From: Botryllus schlosseri
Taxonomy: Eukaryota
Assembly: GCA_051294905.1 (NCBI GenBank)
Contig: CM119373.1
Span: 1,800,001-1,864,000, forward strand
DNA length: 64,000 nt
Reading direction: 5' to 3'
Of the stretch, positions 12,720-25,100 are shown piece by piece; the first letter of the stretch is position 1, and every line of letters starts with the position of its first letter. Both the position numbers and the translations under genes were made by a program. A model generated the notes under the pieces. That model did no database searches, was not told the origin of the DNA, and saw nothing but the letters and a program-made list of their open reading frames with translations.

Positions 12720-13473
12720 GTGCGTCATCATGAAAAATCAGTAATATACAAGAAGACATGTCCCTAACGATTCAAAATTGTTCGTCATCCTACATCGCCT
12801 CAAAAAGTATGCAGCATAAAATCGTTCACCGTTTATCCTGGCGTTTACCAATACTCGTCTGAGATTCGAATACCGCAGGCGTTTCGTATTTTGCAACACA
12901 GAGAAGCTTGTACATTTTTGAAATAGTCAACGACGCGACAGGGTGGATATTATCAATATTGGAATATTCTTGACACAAATCTAACTGGTGAGGCCGCTTT
13001 AGTGTTAGATGATGCGGTTCCATGCACCTGTTGTCGTGGCATGGAATTTGGGAATTCTAGACAAACTGTTGCTGATGGAAATGCGGACAATAATTTGCGG
13101 CTTTGGTAAGGCGTCCCTGATCTACAGTGAAGTAATCGGCAGAAAAGGGCCAATGTTAAATTTAGGATTTCAGGCCGCAAATTGGACACAATTTCATACT
13201 TTTAAGTTGCTTATAAATTTGGGTGGAGATAGTCAATCACTGATTGTCCAATTGGGAGGTCAAGAAATAACAGCATGCAATAAAAGTGACTAATAACAAT
13301 TGGCCCACAGCATGATGCATCATTATATATAACTTGCCCCCCCCCCCCGGTTCGAAGATACCCCTCGATCAACTCTACTGGTGAATGGGATCACATGGGC
13401 TGAGAAAGGATTCATGCTTAATAGGAATATGTGAAACTGTTAACATTAATGACGAAATTCATTAGTGAATCTG

Positions 13474-13649
13474 AACAGCTTCTTGGAGCTACATAACTTC
13501 AATATCCGATTGAATAGTATATTCATACTGAAATGAACCCGAATATTTTCGGCTGACACTCGTTAGGGGTAATCGTCAGCAACTAGTGGAGAATTCAAAA
13601 GAACAGCGTATATCAACAATCATAACACAAAATATGACGTCACCAGCAG
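13474..13649 (-). mobile_element. 176-bp solo PLE terminal fragment with a mutated hammerhead (13537-13570, CTAACGA) and a 14-bp TSD
   Basis: Homologous to 49080-49222. Flanked by cattagtgaatctg at 13460-13473 and 13650-13663. Empty site in the paralog at 21648-21661. Confidence 0.85.
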
Positions 13650-16449
13650 CATTAGTGAATCTGGAAGTTTTTCGTTCCCATAACGTGACCACTCGCAATT
13701 TGGGTGCGTGTAGTAAGCGGATATGAAATAATATAGATAAGTCCGGAGCTCATCGGAAATGGACATGGATCCCTCAATATTGGTAGTTGGCGTCCAGCTA
13801 GTTCATCGCGACTAAGCCCTGGAATGCTGCCGTAGGCTACATGATTAATCGATATGCAGCCGTGAATAGTAAAAAGGTTGGCGACCCCTTGGAAATGAAT
13901 TCCAGCTAAGCTTTTCATTTAAGAGAGCTCGTTTCTCATGCACTTGAAATTCAAATCATTCAAACTTTTTTTTATAATGGTGTCGAAGCATATACACTTA
14001 TACAATCTTCCAGCGATTTCAATACCAATTGACAATATATATCAGTATTTTAATAATCTGTAATATGTATTGTGCTGCATCCGGAATATTTCGCGATCGG
14101 TATTTTTCGTTACATGTCGCTACATCTCTAATCGCAAAACCATGTATTCCAAGGCGCCCATTGTAAAATGCCAACATGAAACAAGGTTTTTGTTATCGCT
14201 GGCCACAGCGTCAATATGGGTATGCAATGTATTTTTAAGTATGTCGTATTTGACGAGGTGAAATTGTTCGATTGAAGGTTAACCGAAATAGCAGACTGAG
14301 ATTCCACAAATATCGTGACATTGTGATTTTCTATTTTTTAGCAATTTATGCGTTGCACGAATAAAAACCACATTCATGAATATTTGACTAGAACTGTCAT
14401 TGTACTTGACAGGGAGTACGCGTCATTTGTCAAAATTATGAGAAATAGGCAACATAGCCTAATCTAGTTTTAAGATATCATATTGATAAGTATAGGCTAT
14501 TGATTATGTCATTGCCCAAGTCAAAATAAAACAGCGTTGGATTTAACTTCACTGGTGTTACAGCGGTGGAGCGTAGCACTACGGTATTCACCCTCTTATA
14601 TCGGCGATAAAGATATGGATAAAGGGGACAAAGATGAAACTGACTACACATTCAGGGTGCAATAGAATGATCACTGTTGTTATAACAACTTGCGTCGATA
14701 GCGAAATACCGTGTCACGAGCTCAATTCCAATCAGTCGAAGCGGAGTTATTGCCGTCGCAAAATTTTGGATTTGAATAAAATAGTATTTACGGTGACCGA
14801 TTCTTTAATCATTTATTACAATTGTGCCCACCGTAAATACTATTTTATGCAAATCCAAATTTGTCGACATCAATCACTACGCTACGGCTGGTTTGAATGG
14901 AGCCAAATTTGGTGGACATCGTTTCTATCGACAACCTTACAATTTCATGGGTGAACAGAAAATTTTGAATTTTTTTTTATCAATTCTTATATAATAAATA
15001 AAAAAACTTTCTTCTCCTGTAGCAATGCGGCTACTGGTTGGAATTGAACCAAATTTGGTGTGTAGGCTTCAATTCGGTAATCTAACAATTTTATCAAGTA
15101 GCCAGTAGAATTTGAAAGAAAAAGTCATTTTTGAACACCCCTACTGTACAGTGTACAGACATTTGCTATTCCCATGCGCATAAGATGAACTATGATTTGA
15201 TATTAACGGGTGTGAGTATACACCATGGCACAAGAGACCTGAACGTACCTCATACTTATACCGCGGTATAAATTGAGTGCAATATTTTAATCCAAATTTT
15301 GCATGCACGTAGGATATATGACCTCGATCTCATTATGACTCATGTTTTGTTTTCATGTACCACCCTTTTCGGCCCCTTAGGTGCAAATACACACTATTTT
15401 CGCTAAAAGTGCACTCGAATAAAATATGCATGTTACGCATAAAACGCGTAGTATATTATGTCCATTAGAAATCGGTGTCTACTCTACCAGTTGTAAACCC
15501 AAATGTACGAACGGGCAGTGCATTCATCGATTCGGTATCTCTAAAATTCCATTGTGAGTCAACAAACCTGACTGAAATACGAGGTCACTGCAAATTGGTC
15601 GATTGTCGCTTCATTGCGAAACATTCATTATTTTCAATGAAACATTCTTTCTTTGACGATATAATCAGTGTTTTTCCAAATCGTAACGACCGTAAAAGCA
15701 TTTCAGCACTATTACACGCGGCATTTTTCATTTCATCGCCGATATCCACTAATTGCATATTAATATGAAATTCGCTAAAATATTCATTTATGCGAATGAG
15801 AATCTAGAGTTAGTGATCATTATGCAAAGGTGAATTGCAAGATATGGTCGGAAGTTTCATCGCCCTTATTCTTAAATAGGCAACACAACTGTGAGAAGTC
15901 CATCCGTCTGAAGTATAATTATGCGGTCGTTTTCACAATAAAATATTTTAAATTGATAATAATACAAACATCAAGTCAAGTGTTTAGATGTGCAAATCTG
16001 AATTTATTAGCTATGAAAATTCTGTAACCGAAAATATATAAAAAGGAACGATATTTATCATGTTCCCAGCTATATTCGGATGAACTCTCGCAACTTTCGT
16101 ATCTGATATCTTAAATTGGCTCATTAAACAAACGCTCTGTACGAATTCACATTCATATGACGATAATCAACATATGCGACTCGTAGCTTACATTGTCGTA
16201 AACTTGCTTACCTCAACCAGCCCTCTTGTATATAATTTAAACCAAACGAATATCGTTCATACGTTTATAATTGTATATCGTTGATAAGTAGGTGGGTAGG
16301 GTATTGAACTATATCAATTTTAAACATTCTGAGGTTTCGTATGTTGTCCTCTATTTTGGCTGATATTTAAAGACTGGCTACATCGCCATACTTGCGTAGT
16401 TGAGCAGTTCTGCGTATGCGTGAGCGATACAGCGCCTCTTCATTCCATT

Positions 16450-16613
16450 ACTCCTCGCCACTTAATCCGCGTAAGCCGTGACTTGCGCAAAGTCTAGAAG
16501 TGGGCCGTGCTATAAGTCGGCAGTTGACGAATAAATATGAAGAATATTGGCCTGGTGTGAATGGCCGTAGTAGTTGACAAACACCATGAATATCTCAAAA
16601 CAAACAAACAAAC
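16450..16613 (+). mobile_element. 3' half of SINE A with (AAAC)n tail, inside a GACTT-type hAT remnant (duplicate at 34447-34610)
   Basis: ctcctcgcca...agaagtgggccgtgctataagtcggcag...ggcctggtgtgaatggcc...aaacaaacaaac. Confidence 0.85.
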
Positions 16614-16717
16614 TATTTATTCGTTCGTCGATTCCGAATAAATGGGTACTTCATCTGTATTTAAAACAGTTAGCAAAATGTAATGACTTTGAATCATGTC
16701 CAGTACGTTGAAATTTC

Positions 16718-16865
16718 AACTTGACTTGACTACTGACTTGACTAGTGACTTGACTAGTGACTTGACTAGTGACTTGACTCGTGACTTGACTTGACTTGAC
16801 TTGACTTGACTTGACTTGACTTGACTTGACTTGACTTGACTTGACTTGACTTGACTTGACTTGAC
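16718..16865. repeat. (GACTT)n microsatellite plus 12-bp gacttgactagt units (shorter copy at 34715-34820)
   Basis: Direct reading. Expanded subterminal motif of the 53835-55206 family. Confidence 0.95.
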
Positions 16866-17974
16866 CCGAGTCACCTTTGAAAATCAAGTGACTTGACTTG
16901 ACTCGAGTCAAAATGAATTGGCAACAAAACGTTTCCATGAATCTCGACGAAGTCACAAAATCAATGTAGATACAGGCCAATGGCACACAAAGGCAGACAA
17001 ACGTTTACAGGGGATCCAAATATAAATAAGCAGTGGGACAGTATTGAATGCTTACACATCGGAATTGAATACTATATTGTTCCACATAATTCCATCGTTA
17101 ATAATTCAACGGTATGAAGTGTATGCTCGAGCAGTATAGCTAACCCGTCGCTTCCACAATTGCATGTCTTAAATTGATATTTATCCAAACTTCAAGTCAA
17201 AAATATGGATGTGCGAACCTGAATCTAGTAGCTGTGAAATTCTAAATCCGATATTGATCGAATGAACCCTGCAAGATTGATATCTGAAATCGGTTCATCA
17301 AACAAACGGTATGTGCGAATTCACAATCGTAATATCGAGAATCAACATCTGTGACTTTTCAGTGTCTTCTGATGGGAGTGCAATTCTTCAAAAAATATCA
17401 CAAACCATAACGTATTCTTTATTGTAGTCTTACCATAGCGGTACCCTATATAAAAAGATTGATGTGGCAATTATACAATTCATTTTTTATGTCGAAACAA
17501 TAATACACCGTGTCGACCGGCACTGATATCTTAAGCGTTTCGGCGTCGCGTGCATTCTACGTCATGGCAATCTGCCTATTCATACCAGCTGACTTTCCGT
17601 CGATGGAATGCTGATGCCTCCGTTGAAGCTATTTTCGCTATAGCGAGGAATAGTGTTGTTCAGGACAGACGAATAAGTTTATTTAAAACTACAACAATAA
17701 TAATTTGAAACTGAAATCATTTTCGCATTTCAAAATGCTTTATTCGCGTTCTTCCAAATTCACAGATCAGATCGCCGGCCGCAAAATACAACCTCGCGGG
17801 CCGCCTGTTGATGACCCCTGGTGTTGTGCAAAACGAGCAAAGCTTGATATACAGGCGTTAACCAATCTCTTTGTTATGAGACTCCATTGTGATTTGATAT
17901 GAACTGAACTTTTTGCTGCATTTATTTCTCATTCAAATTTTCATTCGATTTCCAAGTTTTTCCGAATTCAAATT

Positions 17975-18715
17975 CTGATGCTAATTATAATCTAATTTGG
18001 AAAAAAGCTGTGTAGCTTTAATTCTAATTCTAATCTAATTTGGAAAAATTGTATAGCTCTAATTCTAATTCTAATCTAATTTGGAAAAAGCTGTGTAGAT
18101 GTAATTCTAATTCTATTATAATCTGGAAAAAAGCTGTGTAGATTTAATTCTAATTTTAATTTAATTTGGAAAATATGCATAGCTCTAATTATAATTCTAA
18201 TATAATATGGAAAAAGCTGTGTGGATCTAATTCTAATTCTAATCTAATTTGGAAAAAGCTGTGTAGATTTAATTCTAATTTCAATCTAATTTGGAAAAAT
18301 TGTATAGCTCTAATTATAATTATAATCTAATTTGGAAAAAGCTGTGTAGATCTAATTCTAATTCTAATCTAATTTGGAAATAACTGTGTTGATCTAATTC
18401 TAATTCTATTCTAATCTGAAAAAAAGCTGTGTAGCTTTATTTCTAATTTGAATCTAATTTGGAAAAAGCTGTGTAGATCTAATTCTAATCTAATTCGGAA
18501 ATAACTGTGTTGATCTAATTCTAATTCTATTCTAATCTGAAAAAAAGCTGTGTAGCTTTATTTCTAATTTGAATCTAATTTGGAAAAATTGTATAGCTCT
18601 AATTATAATTCGAATCTAATTTGGAAAAAGCTGTGTAGATCTAATTCTAATTCTAATCTAATTTGGAAATAACTGTATAGCTCTAATTCTAATTCTAATA
18701 TAATTTGTAAAAGCT
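17975..18715. repeat. ~42-bp minisatellite (~18 units; consensus tctaattctaattctaatctaatttggaaaaagctgtgtaga)
   Basis: Counted directly. Lies just inside a MITE end (tagttgtccaagt). Paralogs at 9200-9320 and 29870-29990 have about 3 units. Confidence 0.95.
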
Positions 18716-20250
18716 TAAAAATTCTTAGTTGTCCAAGTAAGCGGTGTCATATAAAAGCATGAGTGGGCCTTGCAGCAAGTCAGCAGCTACGGATTTTAAA
18801 TGAAGCACATTGGCCCGGTGTAAATGACCATAGTATTCGACAAATCCCAAGATTACCTCAAAACAAACAAACAAGCGACTAAAAAGGGAGCATAAAAATA
18901 CTCCAACTTCTATCGTCGTTACTGCCACTGATTTAGCGATCCATAACTGTACTCAACAGGCAAATCATCGCATTTTTGCCAATTTCATTGTTCGCGAATA
19001 AAGTCGTTGCTAGAATATAAACCCTATGGTCCGTGATATGTTCTAATGTACTATTATGTATCTATATAATGATAGATAATAAAGTATTCAAGTGAAAATA
19101 CGGACATGTGACAAAATCTTGAAATGAGTTGACTGATGGTCCGGCCTGTGAGAGATTTGAAGGTTTGAATCCGACCCGCGTCGCCTTTTCAGATTCACAA
19201 TCCTGCTCTAAGCTGAATCGCCATGACGAGATAGCATAATGGTATGATCCACGGCTGTAACACCAATTGGTTGCGGGTTCGATGCTGACCGAGGTCGAAT
19301 CCAGAATTCCCAGCCAAGTGTTACAGATTTATCTAGGGCTATGCTCCTCTTAATTCGCCAGATCATCGGTAGTGGTTTCTTAAAAAAGCCTAGAAGTGGA
19401 TCGTGCTATGAGTGCTCTCAATATTGCAGGCCCTGAGTATCTTCTGCACAGCGATCAATGTATATTTTTATAATTGAATGCCTCTTGGCTTTGCATTCAG
19501 GACAGTTTGTTTTACATGCAATCGAAATTTAAATCATTGGTAAAACAGAGTATATATTGCACGACATTAATATTGCACACATTGTCTATTATAATATTTG
19601 GGATTCTATATAGTTGCTGAGTGACGTAAAGACCGAGTGAGTGTCTCACTTCGATTTCCCAAAAGTGTTTATGAATACTGGCTGAGTGCCGTAGAAACCC
19701 TATAGTACTGTCTTTATTGAGTGATCATTAGTAAATTAGTAATCATAAAAACTGCATAACGGTATGCTTTAAAGCTGCCAAAAACTGTAGACCCGTCTCC
19801 GTGGATTCACTCGGACAGATTTACATGCCGATATCCTAATGGCGACAACATTTTGAAAGAGGCAGAGATTGCTATCATTCCAGTCATCAGAATTCTACGT
19901 CGAAATCGGCCCCACATATTTGTTCCTCAGAAGGCCGAGTTTCAAATATTGCCAGGGAACTAGCTCGTAGGTAATTTTACAAATCAATATTGTGTTTGAT
20001 TGTACTCGATCAAATGAAATCTAAAACATTCTATTCGACTCGAGGATCAATTCTCGATTCGGAATCGTATCTTCCTAGCCCTGGATGTCGCCCGGCCACG
20101 ATTGCAATATTATTTTACTTGAAATGATGGCGAAGCAATTGTAGCAGAGTAATGTGATACTAATAGTATTTTACAGTTTATTGACAGGAATTTCAATTTC
20201 ATTTTCGAAGGCTAATGAAAGTAATGTTATACGATATTTTATCATTTTAG

Positions 20251-20418
20251 TTGCAAAGGCTCCTTATCATCGACAATTCAATGACTGAAGATGGATATGA
20301 AATACTCGTTCACATTCTGAAGCTGTCAGATTGCAAGGAATTGGTGCTCGAAAATTGTTGTCTCACCAAGACTAAGTTGCAAGGAGTGTTGAACGGATGT
20401 CGGGATCAAAATATCCAG
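20251..20418 (+). CDS. Internal LRR exon B (168 nt, phase 0-0), paralog of exon A: LQRLLIIDNSMTEDGYEILVHILKLSDCKELVLENCCLTKTKLQGVLNGCRDQNIQ
   Basis: Same splice sites as exon A. 11 nucleotide differences from exon A, no stops or indels. Confidence 0.85.
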
Positions 20419-22151
20419 GTGCGTCATCATGAACAATCCGTAATATCCAAGAAGACATGTCATCTTACGATTCGAAATTGTTCGTCATCCTACTTCGCCT
20501 CAAAGTCATGCAGCACAAAATCGTTCATCATTTATTCTATCGTTTACCAATACTCGGCGGAGGTAATTCGAATACCGCAGGGGTTTAGTATTTTGCAACA
20601 CAGATTACTTTGGACATTTTTAAAATTGTTGACGACGCGACAGCGTAGATATCATCAATATAGGAATATTCATGACATAAATCTAGCCGAAAAGGCCGAA
20701 AGAGTGATTTATCTAGGGCTAGGCTCCTCTTCATGCACCAGATCGGTGGGAGCGGTTTCTTAGAAAAAGCCTAGAAGTGGACCGTGCTATGAGTGCTCTC
20801 AATATTGCAGGCCCTGAGCATTTTCTGCACATCGATCAATATATATTTTTAAAATTAAATGGCTCTTGGCTTTGCATTCAGGACATTTGTTTTACATGAA
20901 ATCGAAGTTTGAATCATTGGTAACTCAGAGTATATATTGCACGACATTAAAAGCTGGTGATTTTGTCTATTATAACATTTGAGATTCTATATAGTTTCTG
21001 AGTGACGTAAAAACCGAGTGAGTGTTTGACTTCGATTTCCCAAAAGTGTTTATGAATACTGGCTGAGTGCCGTACAAACCCTAATACTGTCGTTATTGAG
21101 TGATCACTAGTAAATTAGTAATCCTAAAACCACATATAGATATGCTTTAAAGCTGCCAAACACAGCAGACCTGCCGTCTCCTTGGATTCAATCGGACAGA
21201 TTACATGCCGATATCCTAATGGCGACAACATTTTGTAAGAGGCAAAGATTGCTATCATTCCAGTCAACAGAATTCTACGTCGAAATCGGCCCCACACACG
21301 CGTCCTTGATCTACCATGAGGTAATATGCAGAAACGAGCCGATGTTGCATTTAGGATTTCGGGCCGAAAATTGGGCACACTTTCATACTTTTACGTTGCC
21401 TATAAATTAGGGTGGATAGAGCTATGTCGATCAATGATTGTCAACTTGGGAGGTCAAGAAATAACAGCATGCAACAAAGTGACTGATAAAAATTGGCCAT
21501 CAGCATGATGCACCATTATGCAAAACTTGCCCTCAGTTTTTGAAGACACCCCTTGATCAACTCTACCGGTGAATGCGATCACGGGGGCTGAAAAAGAATT
21601 AATGTTTGATAGGAATATGTGAAACTATCAACAATAATGACGAAATTCATTAGTGAATCTGAAAGTTTTTCGCACTTCGCGCGATCATAACCGTTCCCGT
21701 AACATGACCAATTGACCACTCACGATTTCGGTGCCGGTGCGTGTAGTAAGCGAATATGAACTAATAGATAAGTCTGGAGCTCACCGGAAATGAAGATGAA
21801 TCTCTTAACATCGGTATTTTGCATCCTGATAGTTCATCGCGACTATCCCATGGAATGTGGCCGCAGGCTACATGATTAATCGTAATGCAGCCGTGAATAG
21901 GAAAAAGGTTTGCAACCACTGATTAACCCCTTGGAAATGAATTCCAGCTAAGCTTTTCATTCAAGAGAGCTTGATTCTCATGCACTCAAAATTCGAATCA
22001 TTCAATTTTTTTTCATCCCGGTGTTGAAGCATTTACAATTTGCCAGCGACGTCTAAACTAGTTGACAATACGCAACAGTATTTTAATAATCTGTAATATG
22101 TAGGCTATTGTGCTGCATCCGGAAAATTTCGCGAGCCTTATCTTTCATTAC

Positions 22152-25100
22152 GTGTCGCTATATATCTGGCCGCAAAACCATGTATTCCATGAAGCTCATT
22201 GTAAAATGACAGCATGTAACGAAGTCTATTTAAGCGCTGTTAACGAAACGACCGGCGGACGGTCATATTATCAGTATATATTATAGGATAATAGCCCACG
22301 TTAGAAATCTAACCACCAACGCCGACTGAGTAACGAAAATCAATTTAGTGTTTGATGTTTGACTCAAATGCACTCGGGGGCCAATTTCCAAATTTTTGAC
22401 TACCCTGCGGAACACGACGTCAATATGGGTATTCAATGTATGTTCAAGTATGTCGTATTTGACGAGGTGAAATTGTACTATTGGCCGGAATAGCAGATTG
22501 AGATTCCGCAAATATAGTGAACTTATGATTTACTACTTATTTTACCAATTTACGCGTGGCACCAATGAAAACCACATTCACAAATATTTGACTAAAATTG
22601 TCGTTCTACTAGGCAGGGAGTACGCATCATTTGTCGCAATTATGAGAAATAGGCACCATAACCGAATCTAGGTTTGGGGTCCCATATTGATAAGTGTAGG
22701 CCCGGGGTAGGCAAACCCCGGCACGCGTGCCATTTGTGCCACGCGAAATGATTTTTCATGGCATACCAAATGATTTCACGGAAACGACATATTCATACCA
22801 TGTTTTTGCAAAAAGTGAAACAGAAGTTTTCAAAACGTGAAATGCTCGTAGGCGATCCAAAATTATTATTATTATTTCACATTTTACAGTGGTGCTTCTC
22901 GCCTTTTTCAGGCTATGTGCACCACGACACGAATATTTGTAATGTTCATAAGTCTTTGTCTTTGTGTTAATCTTGGGGACGACTTCTTCATTCTTTCGCA
23001 CATCCAGAGGTCAGTCTCTCTCGCACCAATGCGTCCCCGTCGAGGTCTTTGCTGCCGACTTCTAGGACGGCTCACTTTCAATCTGAGCTTTTTAATGCAC
23101 TGCAACTGCAGTGAGATCGGCAATGGGTAGCCCAGAGAAATCTCCGACGCATAGAGCCTGATGTGTTAATTATGCTGTGGGAACCCCCAATAAATAGATA
23201 AATATATATGTTGTATTTATAAAATGTTTTAAAAATCTATGCATAGTGTACAAAAATGAGTCAACCGTATTAGCAGTTGTGAAAGAACATCAACCGAACA
23301 TCGTTTGAAAACGTTTGGATTCTTTAGTCTAGGAGTGTTATTCACTGTGTAGCCTGCGGGAGTGCAACTACTGAACCGGCATTACGACGCTGGGCATCTT
23401 CACGCTATAGAATACATGACCTAGATATAGAGTTTCGGACAATATCCGACCATGCGACTAACAGGCGGTCTATGCGTTGCCAAAGTGATTGGCGGCGATA
23501 AAACCTTGAAACAAAATAGCCGCTGCATCATGGACAAAACGTTAGACATTGATATGTCCACTGGCAAGGCGCCGAAGTGACCAGCGCCGAATGACCAGCG
23601 CCCGCACCTGCAGCTTGAGTCGCACGTATCAAATGAGATCTGTCAAGGAAAATAATCAGCCCCGTGTCCAAATGCGAATCGTGTTCGTCTCTCGGAAGTA
23701 GAGTCTGGTGTGCACGCGATTCAATATCTCGAGCAACGCCAATCCTTACCGCTTGACTGCGACCTTTGCCGACAAATATAGTGTCAGACCGACCTTAATG
23801 TGACGCCAAACCGATTTGAATGAGACTGTGGGGAGGGGGGAAACATTTTTCATCATCATCAGACCATATCATCGTAGCTACACTGATTGGCCCGTCATTT
23901 ATGATTTATTGGATACGGTTACCAACATAGTGGACTTGGAAACGATCCAATCAACCACACAAGATCGATCATTGCCCAATGGCGCGACTGAAAATAAATT
24001 ATGTAAATATCACGTGAGCCTACATAGAAGCGATAGGTCGGGTACGGTAGTGTCCAAAATTCAATCCCTTCACGGCCAATCAAGAATTGCTGGCGTGACG
24101 AATGGCGTTGCCAGGCGTAGAAAAACGGTTGGTGGTGTTCCTTGCTGCTTGAAACGTTAAATATTAATACATTAAATGTTTGGCACGCAAGCTGGTAAAA
24201 AATCGACATTTTTTGACATTTTGGCACGCTGCACATAAAAGGTTGCCGGCACCTAGTATAGGCTATTGGCCATGTCATTGCCCAAGTCAAAATAGAACAG
24301 CGTTGGATTTTACTTCACTGGTGTCACAGCGGTGGAGCGTGCCATTGCGGCATTCGCCATCTTTAATCGGCCATAAAGCTACGGATGAAGGGATCAAAGA
24401 TGCAACTGGCTGCACATTAAGGGGGCAACAGAATGCTAGATGTTGTTATAACAACTTGCGTCGATAGCAAAATACCATGTCACGAGCTTATCGTCTATTA
24501 CGATCCCCTGGTCACGCGAATAATAATTTTTGCCTCCATGGTTATAAACATGTCACGACACTCCGAGTTACTCGGAGTCGACTCGAATCATTTTCATCTT
24601 GTCACCGAGTCATTCCGATTAATTCAGCGTAAGGTCGCCTCCAACTCCAAGTCACAGATTTCAGTCTCGAATCATATGCGGTTCATGTTTCATCATCAAG
24701 ATTAGGCTATTCTATGTAGGCCTAATAGAAGATCTTCCACCGCATAGTAGCGTTTGAATGTGATGCCATATAGCTAATGTTCTCGTGGATCGCGTGTTCG
24801 AGACCCAGGCTTATATCATTCGGGTTACCGCTATCAAAAATACTGCTGGTGTAAATAGAGAAAACAATGACGTTACTGGATTATTGCAAATTAATCGCCT
24901 ACGAGCAAATTTGCGTGCTTTTTGTGCTATCAAGAAACATCAAGTCGATCCCAAAAAACTCCTAAAACCCAGCCGATACTAACCGAACCCAAGTCACACT
25001 AATCTCCATGCTAATATGCTTTCATCATTTCTGGCCTTATTCACGACACATCGCAGCGTAGATATCTTGACGATTGCGTTCTGCAACAAATTATACCACT

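Larger units (their letters stand above)
1..17531 (+). repeat. Segmental duplication, copy 1 (probably extends upstream of the window)
   Basis: Position 1 (gtgtcgctatatatctggcc) recurs at 22152. The copies are colinear and near-identical (about 98-99% by eye) until cactgatatct at 17531/35511, apart from four large indels. Confidence 0.97.

Noticed and set aside
16651..16986. ORF with (QVKSS)n/(QVTS)n repeats (also 34713-34907)
   Set aside because: Translation of the GACTT microsatellite. The frame is not conserved between the duplicate copies.
17975..18715. Regularly spaced repeat array that could be mistaken for CRISPR
   Set aside because: Head-to-tail minisatellite with no unique spacers, no cas genes and a eukaryotic context.
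20419..20763. Extension of the 170-aa ORF beyond LRR exon B
   Set aside because: Intron read-through past the GT donor. The paralog after exon A stops early.
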